Shown: positions 10,314 to 19,353 of the stretch, piece by piece
Layout: every line of letters starts with the position of its first letter
Position numbering within the stretch: the first letter of the stretch is position 1
Origin: Candidatus Adlerbacteria bacterium
GTDB lineage: Bacteria; Patescibacteriota; Minisyncoccia; Phycocordibacterales; SBAW01
Length of the DNA: 64,000 nucleotides
Assembly (NCBI GenBank): GCA_028286685.1
Contig: JAQBRA010000004.1
Span: 120,300-184,299, forward strand
Direction of reading: 5' to 3'
Translations under genes and position numbers: made by a program
The notes under the pieces: model-generated
What the model was told of the DNA's origin: nothing
Databases searched by the model: none
The model's input: the letters and a program-made list of their open reading frames with translations, nothing else

Positions 10314-10652
10314 CTACTTCTTAAGCTCGTCGATTTTTGCCGCCAAAATAAAGTCGTTTTCGCTCAGGCCGCCTATGGCGTGGGTCATCAGTTCAATACT
10401 CAGGGTGTTGTAGGAAATGGTCAGGTCCGGATGATGACCCTCCTCCTCGGCCACAACGGCGATCTTGTTTACAAAATTTATCGTCTCGACGAAGTCCTTA
10501 AAGGTGTAAGTCGTCGCTAAAATGCGCCCACCGTCTATGAGCATCCACGACGGGTCAAGCTCCTTAAGGAGCTCTGCGGACTTCTCCGGTATTAGCGGGG
10601 CCACGCCGCCCTCGCACGGCTTGCACTTGCGCTTGTGGAGCTTTTCTTCCAT
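10314..10652 (-). CDS. phhB: Pterin-4-alpha-carbinolamine dehydratase
   Basis: EGHHPDL motif; 112 aa. Confidence 0.75.
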   Translation of the reverse strand: MEEKLHKRKCKPCEGGVAPLIPEKSAELLKELDPSWMLIDGGRILATTYTFKDFVETINFVNKIAVVAEEEGHHPDLTISYNTLSIELMTHAIGGLSENDFILAAKIDELKK

Positions 10653-10661
10653 ACGAATACC

Positions 10662-11678
10662 CTACGCCTTGCGCGGCGCGCGGGCAAGGCTGATAACGTG
10701 GTCTAAAAAGGCCGAAAGGCTCGACCCTACTGCCTTGAGCGCCTTAGGCAGGAGCGACTCGCTGGTAAGCCCCGGCAGCGTATTTACCTCCAAAAAGTAA
10801 ATACCGCGCTTGGAAATGATAAAGTCTGAGCGCGAGTAGTGCGAAAGGTTAAGTCCTTCGTGCACAGTCTTGGCGATCTGCTCCAGCTCCCCTTTTTCCT
10901 TGTCGGTAAAGTTGCCGGGCACGCGCTCGGTCGTTTCGCCGCTGTACTTGGCCTCGTAGTTAAAAAACGGCTGATGCGGCGGCGGCACTATCTCGACCGG
11001 CATAAGCGCATAGGTGCGCTCGTTCCTAAAGTCGTCTACGACGCCCACGGTGGCCTCGCGGCCGGGGATAAACTCCTCGATAAGGATGCGGGGCGAAACC
11101 GCTGCCGCACGCGCCAAGGCGTGCTCAAGCGCGTGATAGTTGTGGGCTACGTGCGTACCCACTGAGGAACCGCTCGAGACCGGCTTAATAATTGCCGGAT
11201 GCGGGAAGGAGCGGAACAGCCGCCGCGCCAAAGCGTCTATCTCCCCCTCTTTGGCGGGCTCCAACACCAGGCCGTGCGCCACTTTAACGCCCAGCTTCTG
11301 CACGGCCTCCTTGGTGTGCTGCTTGTTGAACGCAATGGAGGAGCTAAAGGCATTAGAGCCCGTGTAGGGCACGCCCAAGGCATCAAGCTGGCGCTGTACG
11401 CGGCCGTCCTCGCCGTACTCGCCGTGCATGGCGTTAAAGGCCACGTCGACGCCCTTCAGCGCCTTTTCCGGGTCCATAGCGACGCCGTGCACGTGCCACT
11501 CGCCGTCGCGCGAGATAAATATGTCGCGCGGCTCGTACTTGTCGCGGTCCAGGTGCTCCAGCACCGAAGCGCCCGACTTGAGCGACACCTCGTACTCGCC
11601 GGACGGCCCGCCGCGCAATACTCCGACAACCGTTCTCATGCCTTGAGTATATAACAAAAGGAAACGCCGCCGAAACAT
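10662..11678 (-). CDS. ddl: D-alanine--D-alanine ligase
   Basis: ATP-grasp motifs (HG.yGEDG, EEFI.GRE); the true start may be the internal MRTVVGVLRGG. Confidence 0.85.
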   Translation of the reverse strand: MFRRRFLLLYTQGMRTVVGVLRGGPSGEYEVSLKSGASVLEHLDRDKYEPRDIFISRDGEWHVHGVAMDPEKALKGVDVAFNAMHGEYGEDGRVQRQLDALGVPYTGSNAFSSSIAFNKQHTKEAVQKLGVKVAHGLVLEPAKEGEIDALARRLFRSFPHPAIIKPVSSGSSVGTHVAHNYHALEHALARAAAVSPRILIEEFIPGREATVGVVDDFRNERTYALMPVEIVPPPHQPFFNYEAKYSGETTERVPGNFTDKEKGELEQIAKTVHEGLNLSHYSRSDFIISKRGIYFLEVNTLPGLTSESLLPKALKAVGSSLSAFLDHVISLARAPRKA

Positions 11679-11711
11679 CGGCGGCGTTGAGCGATTTGTG
11701 CGTATGCAAAA

Positions 11712-12014
11712 CTAATAGCGGACTGGGTGGATATCAACCCCGCAAGCACAGTGGATCTTGCTTGCAAGCGTGTGCCTATTGCCACAATTGGGACAGCCTA
11801 CCCTGCCTTGCCAGCCCTCATACTGCACTTGTTTGACCGGCCGCGATACGGCTCGCCTCACGGGATCCGGCCGGCGCGGATGCGCCCGCGCAAACATACG
11901 ATTGCGGTACCCTTCGACGCCGCTGCGGCCGACGATATCGCCCGTGCTATTGCAGCGGAAGCGATTGCGGCTCAACGGAGTAAAAGTGGCTTCGTGTTGC
12001 CCTGGCTCACCCAC
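11712..12014 (-). CDS. Hypothetical small Cys-containing protein (weak call)
   Basis: CPNCGN...CACG zinc-ribbon-like motif. The ORF overlaps an equally long antisense ORF, so the call is ambiguous. Confidence 0.25.
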   Translation of the reverse strand: MGEPGQHEATFTPLSRNRFRCNSTGDIVGRSGVEGYRNRMFARAHPRRPDPVRRAVSRPVKQVQYEGWQGRVGCPNCGNRHTLASKIHCACGVDIHPVRY

Positions 12015-12080
12015 GGGACCCTCCTCGGTTGAATGAACAAATAAGCCTCGCCCGCAAAGATAGCACAGGCAGAATTATAG

Positions 12081-13334
12081 TTAAAGCAGGAGGCTCTTGC
12101 GAGTCTTTTTGCGATGATAGGAAATGGCAAAGCGGTGCGCCTCGGCGTTTGCCAGCAATATATCGCGCTCGCGGTCCTTTATGACGTCGCGGTCGCCTGC
12201 TATTGAGCGCGGCCGGTGCTTTTCGTCCTTAACGACGCCCACGACCGGGATCTTGATGCCGTACTGGTCCAGCACTTTCTGCGCGGCATTGATCTGGGCC
12301 TTGTGGCCGTCCACCACGATGAGCTTGGGCATAGGCCACTCGTCGTGCCCCAGGCGGCGCGACAACACCTCTTTAAGCGAGCCGGGGTCGTCCCCGCCCT
12401 TGGCCTCGCGCAGGATAAATTTGCGGTACTCCATTTTGTTGGGCAGGCCGCCCTCTACCACCGTCATGACGCCCACATGGCCCGAGCCGGCCAAGTGCGC
12501 GATATCGTACGCCTCGATGCGGCTGCCGCTCGCGGCATTACCGCTGCGGAATTCCTCTTTTATCAAAGACACGTCCTGGATGTGGGTCAGCGCAAAAAGC
12601 TGCTGGCGCAGGCGGGCAGCTTCCTCGAATTCCTCGTCTTTGGCAGCCCGCTTCATTTCCTTTTCCAAAGACTTAACCAAAACAGACTTCTTGCCCTGGA
12701 ACATCAAGACAATATGGCGGATCGTGCGGCGGTACTCGGCCTTATCCACTGCGCCGCTGCAAACGCCCGGACATAGGCCGATAGAAGCATCAAAACAGGG
12801 CTTGCAGACCTTCCCGGCCTTCTTGAGCTCCTCGCACGGCGTGCACTTGATGCGGTACGGGAATATCTTGCGCAGCAATTTCATGGCCTGCTGCAGCTGT
12901 ATGCCATGCGGGAACGGCCCGAAGGTGTGTGCACGGGTCTTTTCAGGGAATTCCGCTTCCAAATTCTTATTGCGCACCACTAAGACGCGCGGATAGTCCT
13001 CTTTGGTTATAACGACGTTATTAAAGCTCTTGTCGTCCTTAAGGTCGGTATTGTAGTAGGGCTTGTGGGTGCGAATAAGCGACGCTTCCAGCAGCAGCGC
13101 TTCTAAGACCGAGTCCACTGCGCGGAAATCTATAGAGGTCGCCTTCTCGAGCATCTCCACCAGCAAGGGTCCGCGGGTGTCTATAAGATCCTTGGCGAAG
13201 TAGCTGCGCACCCGGTCGCGCAGACTCGTGGCTTTGCCGATATAAAGCAGCTTCTTGTTGCGCCCCAAGAAGAAATAGACCCCCGGCGTGTCCGGAATTT
13301 TGCTGGCTTTTTTCTTATACTGCTCTAAATTCAT
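12081..13334 (-). CDS. uvrC: Excinuclease ABC subunit C (compact form; GIY-YIG, UvrBC-interaction and RNase H-like domains; no C-terminal HhH)
   Basis: N-terminal GIY-YIG motif PGVYFFLGRNKKLLYIGKATSLRDRV; 417 aa versus about 600 in the canonical protein. Confidence 0.85.
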   Translation of the reverse strand: MNLEQYKKKASKIPDTPGVYFFLGRNKKLLYIGKATSLRDRVRSYFAKDLIDTRGPLLVEMLEKATSIDFRAVDSVLEALLLEASLIRTHKPYYNTDLKDDKSFNNVVITKEDYPRVLVVRNKNLEAEFPEKTRAHTFGPFPHGIQLQQAMKLLRKIFPYRIKCTPCEELKKAGKVCKPCFDASIGLCPGVCSGAVDKAEYRRTIRHIVLMFQGKKSVLVKSLEKEMKRAAKDEEFEEAARLRQQLFALTHIQDVSLIKEEFRSGNAASGSRIEAYDIAHLAGSGHVGVMTVVEGGLPNKMEYRKFILREAKGGDDPGSLKEVLSRRLGHDEWPMPKLIVVDGHKAQINAAQKVLDQYGIKIPVVGVVKDEKHRPRSIAGDRDVIKDRERDILLANAEAHRFAISYHRKKTRKSLLL

Positions 13335-13397
13335 ATTGACATTGTATACTTACAGTGTTACATTGACAAGTAGTGAAGCAGTAGAGGGAGATGTTTT

Positions 13398-13577
13398 ATG
13401 GCGGAAGAAAAGCTCAAGACTGAACTGGTCAACACGCTCGACAACCTTGATGAAGATTCGCTCCTCACAAGAGATCAGCTCAAGGAGAATGTCGAAAAAC
13501 TCACCCCAGAGGCGGTGGAGAAAATCAGCAATGTACTGCAGCAGAGCGAAGGCATGCCAAAGAACAAAGAAAAATGA
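13398..13577 (+). CDS. Small acidic coiled-coil protein (59 aa), not present in the ORF track
   Basis: ATG at 13398 preceded by the SD GAGGGAG with 6-nt spacing. Encodes MAEEKLKTELVNTLDNLDEDSLL...KNKEK, ends in TGA and is followed by a strong terminator. Confidence 0.45.
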   Translation: MAEEKLKTELVNTLDNLDEDSLLTRDQLKENVEKLTPEAVEKISNVLQQSEGMPKNKEK

Positions 13578-13583
13578 CACAAA

Positions 13584-13617
13584 GGCCGGGAAGCTCCATG
13601 CTCTCCCGGCCTTTTTT
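13584..13617 (+). terminator. Intrinsic terminator, GGCCGGGAAGCTCCATGCTCTCCCGGCC plus TTTTTT
   Basis: 8-bp GC stem followed by a T-run directly after the small-protein stop; abuts the uvrA stop. Confidence 0.7.
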
Positions 13618-13619
13618 AT

Positions 13620-16220
13620 TTACCTGCCCTTCAATACCTTTTTGAGATACTTGCCGGTGTGCGAGTTTTTGTTATTGGCAACCTCCTCGGGCGTGCCTTT
13701 TGCAATCAGCTGGCCGCCGCCCTTCCCTCCTTCGGGGCCAAAGTCGAGCAAATAGTCGGACGCCTTGATGACATCCATGTTGTGCTCGATGAGCACCACC
13801 GAGTTGCCCGCGGCCACCAGCTTGTTAAGGATATCGATAAGCTTGCGCACGTCCTCGTAGTGGAGCCCGACCGTCGGCTCGTCCAGGAGATAAATGGTCT
13901 TTTGCAGGTGCGGGCGGTAAAGCTCCGAGGAAATCTTGACGCGCTGGGCCTCGCCGCCCGAAAGGGTCGTCGCGGACTGGCCGAGCTTGAGGTAGCCCAG
14001 GCCTACATCGTCCAAGGTCTTCAAGCGGTCGGAAATAGAAGGAATATCCTCGAAGAACTTCATCGCCTCCTCGATAGTCATTTCCAAGACGTCGTAGATG
14101 CTCTTTTTCTTGAATTTGACCTCCATGGTCTCCTTGGTAAAGCGCTTGCCGTTGCAGATGTCGCAGGTCACATATACCGTCGGCAAGAAGTGCATCTCCA
14201 CCGCAATGACGCCGTTGCCCTCGCAGGTCTCGCAGCGCCCGCCGCCCTTCTCCTGCTTTACGTTAAAGGAGAAGCGGTTCGCCTTCCAGCCGCGCGCGCG
14301 GGCCTCGCTGGTCTCGGCAAACAGCTCGCGGATAAAGGTAAAGGCGCCGGTGTAGGTTGCAGGGTTAGAGCGCGGGGTGCGGCCGATGGCCGACTGGTCG
14401 ATGAGTATCGCGCGGGAGAGATGCTCGGTGCCCTCGAAGCCCGCGGCGTTGTGCACCTGGTTTGAGCGGTAGCGCTTATCAAAGCGCGCCTTGAGGTTCT
14501 CGTGCACTATCTCGTAGAGGAAGGTCGACTTGCCCGAGCCCGAGACGCCGGTCACCGTTACCAGTCGGCCGAGCGGTATATCGACGGAGAGATTCTTGAT
14601 GTTAAATGCCTTGCCGCCTTTAACTTTAAGGAAGCCTTTATCCTTCTCGCGGCGCTCCTCGGGCAGCTCAATTACCGTCTCGCCGCGCAAGTAAGAAAGC
14701 GTTATCGAGCCGCTATCGTTCTTCTTGGCGGTCAGGAGCTTCTCGAGCCAGTCGGCCACCACCACGTTGCCGCCATGGACGCCAGCGCCCGGGCCGATGT
14801 CTACCAGGTAGTCTCCGGCGTAGATAGTGTCCTCATCGTGCTCAACGACAATAATAGTATTGCCCAGGTCGCGCAGGTTAAGCAGCGTCTTGATAAGGCG
14901 CTCGTTGTCGCGCTGGTGGAGGCCGATAGTCGGCTCATCGAGCACATACAAAGCGCCCACGAGGCCGGAGCCCAGCTGGCTCGCTAGGCGGATACGCTGC
15001 GCTTCCCCGCCCGAGAGCGTGTTGGCGCGGCGGTCGAGCGTCAGGTAATCAAGGCCCACATCGAGCATAAACTTCAGCCGCGCCGAAATTTCCTTGATGA
15101 CCGTTTTTGAAATTTCCTGGTCCTTTTTGGAGAGGTCGAGATTGTCGAAAAATTCGTACGCGTCTGCGATGGACGAATTGGTAATGTCCATGATGTTCTT
15201 GCGCACCGGATCCTTCTCCCGAGTATCTTCCAAGAAGACATTGAGCGCCTCGGGGCGCAGGCGCGCGCCATTGCAGACCGGGCACGGGTCGTCGCTGTAG
15301 ATATGCTTGGTGCCCAGGCCGTTGCAGGCCGGGCAGGCGCCGTACGGCGAGTTAAAGGAGAAGAGGCGTGGCTCTACCTCAGGGAAGGAAAATCCGTCGT
15401 AGGCGCACATGAACTTGGCCGATACCAGGCGCTCGCCGTGGGCGTCAACGACGCGCACCAAGCCCTCGGACTCCTGCAGCGCGCGCTCGACCGATTCGGA
15501 CAGGCGCTCGATAGCCGCCTTCTTGTCGGTTTTAAATTCGCTCACCAGTATTTCGTCCACCAAAGCATCGATATCGTGCTTCTTGTGGCGCGCCAGCTCT
15601 ACCCGCTCGCGCAGGTTGATTATCTTGCCGTCCACGCGGGCCTTTTCAAACCCTTTGCCGAGTAGGTCGTACAGCAGCTGGTAGTACTCGCCCTTGCGGC
15701 CGACCACCACCGGGGCGAAAATCGCTATCTTGTCGTCGTTAATATCGACACCCATGACTTTGCGCGCATTTTTAGGCGCCGCCTTGGTAACCCCTTCAAT
15801 AATGCTCTCGATAATTTCCTGGTTGCTGTGCTTTTTTATCTCGCGTCCGCAGATAAGGCAGTGCGGATGCCCGACGCGCGCGTAGAGGATGCGCAAGTAG
15901 TCATAGATTTCCGTAATAGTTGCAACCGTCGAGCGCGGATTGTTGGAGCGGCTCTTCTGGTCGATCGAGATAGCCGGGGAAAGGCCGGTTATCTCCTCGA
16001 CATCGGGCTTCTGCATCTGGCGGAGGAACTGGCGCGCGTACGCAGAAAGCGACTCGATATAGCGCCGCTGGCCTTCGGCAAAGATAGTATCGAACGCCAA
16101 GGACGATTTGCCCGAGCCCGAGAGGCCGGTAAAGACGACCATTTTGTCCCGCGGGATCTTAAGGTCGATGTTTTTAAGGTTGTGGGTCTTTGCCCCTTTG
16201 ATATGTATGAAATTTTCCAT
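13620..16220 (-). CDS. uvrA: Excinuclease ABC subunit A
   Basis: 866 aa; duplicated ABC ATPase modules with Walker A GLSGSGKSSL and GVSGSGKSTF, plus zinc-finger Cys clusters. Confidence 0.95.
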   Translation of the reverse strand: MENFIHIKGAKTHNLKNIDLKIPRDKMVVFTGLSGSGKSSLAFDTIFAEGQRRYIESLSAYARQFLRQMQKPDVEEITGLSPAISIDQKSRSNNPRSTVATITEIYDYLRILYARVGHPHCLICGREIKKHSNQEIIESIIEGVTKAAPKNARKVMGVDINDDKIAIFAPVVVGRKGEYYQLLYDLLGKGFEKARVDGKIINLRERVELARHKKHDIDALVDEILVSEFKTDKKAAIERLSESVERALQESEGLVRVVDAHGERLVSAKFMCAYDGFSFPEVEPRLFSFNSPYGACPACNGLGTKHIYSDDPCPVCNGARLRPEALNVFLEDTREKDPVRKNIMDITNSSIADAYEFFDNLDLSKKDQEISKTVIKEISARLKFMLDVGLDYLTLDRRANTLSGGEAQRIRLASQLGSGLVGALYVLDEPTIGLHQRDNERLIKTLLNLRDLGNTIIVVEHDEDTIYAGDYLVDIGPGAGVHGGNVVVADWLEKLLTAKKNDSGSITLSYLRGETVIELPEERREKDKGFLKVKGGKAFNIKNLSVDIPLGRLVTVTGVSGSGKSTFLYEIVHENLKARFDKRYRSNQVHNAAGFEGTEHLSRAILIDQSAIGRTPRSNPATYTGAFTFIRELFAETSEARARGWKANRFSFNVKQEKGGGRCETCEGNGVIAVEMHFLPTVYVTCDICNGKRFTKETMEVKFKKKSIYDVLEMTIEEAMKFFEDIPSISDRLKTLDDVGLGYLKLGQSATTLSGGEAQRVKISSELYRPHLQKTIYLLDEPTVGLHYEDVRKLIDILNKLVAAGNSVVLIEHNMDVIKASDYLLDFGPEGGKGGGQLIAKGTPEEVANNKNSHTGKYLKKVLKGR

Positions 16221-16375
16221 AGGTTTTATTGCTTTTGTAGCTTACCGTAGAGCTCCTAAGAGCGGTACACAAATAAGCCGGGGACGCACAACGCCCCCTT
16301 GCATAGTGCAGGGGGTGGCGTATGTGTATCCACACTCTACCATAACGGCACAAAAAATGGGACTATACTAGGCTC

Positions 16376-16564
16376 ATGAACAAAACATTCTTCATCAAGG
16401 TAGCGACCTGCATTTTTACCCTCGTAGGCTTGGTGCACTTGTATCGCGCGCTTAACGACCTGCCATTTGTCGTGGCAGGATGGGCCGTGCCAGTTGATTT
16501 GTCTTGGGCAGCGGGCGTCGTGCTGCTTTTGCTTGCATGGACCGGCTACCGCCACTGGAGATAA
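16376..16564 (+). CDS. Small hypothetical membrane protein (62 aa)
   Basis: Two hydrophobic helices, followed by a hairpin at 16600-16631. Confidence 0.3.
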   Translation: MNKTFFIKVATCIFTLVGLVHLYRALNDLPFVVAGWAVPVDLSWAAGVVLLLLAWTGYRHWR

Positions 16565-16626
16565 TAAATTAGGCAGCAAGAGAAATTAAAAGCGCCCGAC
16601 CGAAAGGAAGGGCGCTTTGTCGTTAG

Positions 16627-16713
16627 CTACCGCCTGGCGGTAGCGTCTCTTGTTGCGAGCGGAGCAAAAGTGAGAAACAGTAGCACCGCTGCTCCGAGAT
16701 ACACGGCCGTCAT
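16627..16713 (-). CDS. Candidate 28-aa hydrophobic micro-peptide (MTAVYLGAAVLLFLTFAPLATRDATARR)
   Basis: Strong SD AGGGGAGG 6 nt upstream of ATG 16713; minus-sense terminator hairpin (16600-16631) immediately downstream. Confidence 0.25.
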   Translation of the reverse strand: MTAVYLGAAVLLFLTFAPLATRDATARR

Positions 16714-16996
16714 TGAAACCTCCCCTGTTGCTGTGCCGCTTAAGCGTATCAGTACCCTGTCTTGCGTCCAGGAAAGTTATGCACCTTTCAGCGGATATAA
16801 AAAAGCCCCGGTGCTCTCAATCGTTAATTCATATCAAATGAAAAAACGACAAGCACTCGGGGCTCTTGCGCGGCGCGATTCGCACGCTGCGCACAGAAAC
16901 GGTAGCTCTTGGAAAGAACAAGTGAAGCGAAGTCGCACATTCCCAGCGGCACGGGGTGGTGGGGGGACAGGAACGCCGCGCCTCCGCTTCATTTTC

Positions 16997-17026
16997 TATA
17001 GTACTCCTTTCTTTGCTGTATGTCAA
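16997..17026 (-). promoter_or_regulatory. Sigma70-like promoter (TTGACA-17 nt-TACTAT) firing into the uvrB-uvrA intergenic region
   Basis: Minus-sense CTTGACATACAGCAAAGAAAGGAGTACTATAG starts just downstream of the uvrB stop. Confidence 0.45.
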
Positions 17027-17054
17027 GCAGTAGCACAAGAGTCCGCAAATCTCT

Positions 17055-19160
17055 TTATTTCCTAGGCTTTTTTGCCGCCTCTTTGGAATCGCGCTGGGCG
17101 CGCTTGACCTTGCCCGCCTCTTCCCCGCGCAGGGCCGAGCGCTTTGCAGGCGCGCCGTTAGTGATGGTGTACATCTCGTCGCGCAGTATCGCCGCGGTCT
17201 CAAAGTCGAGATTCTTGACCGCTTCGGCCATCTGCTCGCGCTTTTCGGCAATAAATTTGCGCGGGTCTTTCTTATACAGATCCTGGTCAACGTCCAGCAA
17301 TTGCTGCACGGCGCGGCCATGTTCCGTACGCAGCTCGTCGGTAATGTCCTTGATAGCCTTCTTGATAGTCGTGGGCGTGATGCCGTGCTTGGTGTTGTAG
17401 GCCACCTGTATCGCGCGGCGGCGGTTGGTCTCGCTAATGGCTTTCTTTAAGGACTCGGTTTCATTGTCGGCATACAAAATAACGCGGCCGCCCACATTGC
17501 GGGCCGCGCGGCCGATAGTCTGTATCAGCGAGGTCTCCGAGCGCAAAAAGCCCTCCTTGTCTGCGTCGAGTATGGCCACCAGCTCTACCTCCGGCAGGTC
17601 CAGGCCCTCGCGCAGCAGGTTAACGCCTACCAGTACGTCGTAAGTGCCCTTGCGCAGGTCGGTAAGGATCGTGATGCGGTCCAGGGTCTCGATGTCGCTA
17701 TGGAGGTAGGCTGCCTTGTAGCCGCGCTCCTTGAGGAACTCAGACAGGTCTTCGGACATTTTCTTGGTGAGGGTGGTAATAAGCACGCGCGCGCCGCGGT
17801 CTATGACTTTCGTCGCCTCATCCAAGACATCCTGCACCTGGCCGAGCGTGCTGCCGGTGCCGGTTACGGGGCGCACGACAATCTCCGGGTCGATAAGGCC
17901 GGTCGGGCGGATGATCTGCTCGACTACATTCTCGCCGCTTTTCTCTTTCTCGTATTTGCCGGGGGTGGCCGAGGTGTATATCACCTGCCCTACCCTTTCT
18001 TCAAACTCTTCGAACTTCAGGGGGCGGTTATCGATAGCGCTGGGCAAGCGGAAGCCGTAGTCGATAAGGTTTGTCTTGCGCGCGCGGTCGCCCTCGTACA
18101 TGCCGCCAATTTGCGAGACCGTTACGTGGCTCTCGTCGATAATAGTCAGAAAGTCGGGCGTGCCGTCCTTTTTGTGCGGGAAGTAGGCCAGCAAGGTGTA
18201 GGGCGGCTCGCCCGGCTTGCGACCGTCAAAGTGGCTCGAATAGTTCTCGATGCCGTTGCAGTAGCCCATCTCGCGGATGCGGGCCAGGTCGTAGTTGGTG
18301 CGGCGCTTCAGGCGCTCGGCCTCGAGCATCTTGCCCTGGCCCTCGAGCTTTGCCAGCTGGTCCTTAAGCTCGCTCTTGATGTGCTCGATTGCCTTCAGGC
18401 GCTCGTCCTCAGGGGTTACGTAGTGCTTGGCCGGAAATAAAAAGAGCGACGCGCCCGATTTGATCTCGCCGCGCGTGGTCGCATCTATAATGCGCACGTT
18501 GCCGATCTTATCGCCCTCGAAGTCCGCCTTGTATATCACCTTCTCGCCGGTGGGCATGATCTCTATAGAGTTGCCGAGCGCGCGGAACGTGCCCGGCTTG
18601 AGGTCGGCCGTGGTGCGCTCGAAGTAGATGTTTATCAGCTCGCGGATAAGCTCGGCCCGGGTCTTCTTGAGTCCGGCGCTAATTTCCAAGTGCACCTTGC
18701 GGTACTCATCCGGCGATCCTAGCGCGTAGATGCACGACACCGACGCCACAATAATGACGTCCTTGCGGGTAAGCAGGGCCTGGGTGCTGGCATGGCGCAG
18801 GCGGTCAATCTCCTCGTTGATCTGCGCCTCTTTCTCTATATAGGTGTCGCTGGTCGGGATGTAGGCCTCCGGCTGATAGTAGTCGTAGTAGGAAACAAAG
18901 TAGTGCACCGCCGCATCCGGAAAGAACTCGCGGTATTCCTGCGCCAGCTGCGCCGCCAGGGTCTTGTTGTGGGCAATGACGAGGGTCGGCTTGCCTATCT
19001 GCTCAATGACATTGGCGCCAGTAAAGGTCTTGCCCGAGCCAGTAACACCAAGCAGGGTCTGGTGCTTTTCTCCGCGCTTGATGCCGGCCACGAGGGATTC
19101 TATGGCCTTTGGCTGGTCGCCGGCAGGCTTGTGGGTAGATTTGATAGTAAAGACGGACAT
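17055..19160 (-). CDS. uvrB: Excinuclease ABC subunit B
   Basis: Likely start [20 protein letters not shown] at 19160. Helicase motifs GVTGSGKT and DESH; Lys-rich C-terminal tail. Confidence 0.95.
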   Translation of the reverse strand: MSVFTIKSTHKPAGDQPKAIESLVAGIKRGEKHQTLLGVTGSGKTFTGANVIEQIGKPTLVIAHNKTLAAQLAQEYREFFPDAAVHYFVSYYDYYQPEAYIPTSDTYIEKEAQINEEIDRLRHASTQALLTRKDVIIVASVSCIYALGSPDEYRKVHLEISAGLKKTRAELIRELINIYFERTTADLKPGTFRALGNSIEIMPTGEKVIYKADFEGDKIGNVRIIDATTRGEIKSGASLFLFPAKHYVTPEDERLKAIEHIKSELKDQLAKLEGQGKMLEAERLKRRTNYDLARIREMGYCNGIENYSSHFDGRKPGEPPYTLLAYFPHKKDGTPDFLTIIDESHVTVSQIGGMYEGDRARKTNLIDYGFRLPSAIDNRPLKFEEFEERVGQVIYTSATPGKYEKEKSGENVVEQIIRPTGLIDPEIVVRPVTGTGSTLGQVQDVLDEATKVIDRGARVLITTLTKKMSEDLSEFLKERGYKAAYLHSDIETLDRITILTDLRKGTYDVLVGVNLLREGLDLPEVELVAILDADKEGFLRSETSLIQTIGRAARNVGGRVILYADNETESLKKAISETNRRRAIQVAYNTKHGITPTTIKKAIKDITDELRTEHGRAVQQLLDVDQDLYKKDPRKFIAEKREQMAEAVKNLDFETAAILRDEMYTITNGAPAKRSALRGEEAGKVKRAQRDSKEAAKKPRK

Positions 19161-19167
19161 ATAGACA

Positions 19168-19236
19168 CTATAACCGAGGATAGCGAGGAAACAATAAATC
19201 AAATTTATTGAATTCCGAGCGTCGCAGGGTATATGA
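19168..19236 (-). promoter_or_regulatory. Conserved upstream element copy A (uvrB leader/promoter), with internal hairpin CAATAAAT-CAA-ATTTATTG
   Basis: Shares CTATAACCGAGGATAGCGAGG and ATTCCGAGCG.CGCAGG.TATATG with the region upstream of tgt. Minus-sense TATAGT lies 6 nt before the uvrB ATG. Confidence 0.5.
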
Positions 19237-19276
19237 GACGTTTTACGTGCTCATATAGCAAATGCGGGCAAAAAAA

Positions 19277-19308
19277 GGCCGCCTGCGAGTTATGGGGTGC
19301 AAGCGGCC
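19277..19308 (-). terminator. Intrinsic terminator of tgt (hairpin GGCCGC...GCGGCC plus TTTTTTT in minus sense)
   Basis: Inverted repeat followed by a 7-nt T-run on the minus strand. Confidence 0.5.
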
Positions 19309-19353
19309 GCGGACCATTGCGGGCGGGGGCCCACGATCCGCACCGCAACCGTA

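Noticed and set aside
16600-16645. Hairpins AAAGCGCCC...GGGCGCTTT and GCTACCGCCTGGCGGTAGC as attC-like recombination sites
   Set aside because: They are isolated and followed by T-runs, and are adequately explained as terminators for the flanking small genes. They bear no similarity to the array 28-mer.
16829-17320. 163-aa minus ORF spanning the uvrB 3' end and the downstream gap
   Set aside because: It overlaps the uvrB coding sequence in another frame and is Arg/Pro-rich. Only its distal part coincides with the promoter-driven candidate transcript discussed in the findings.
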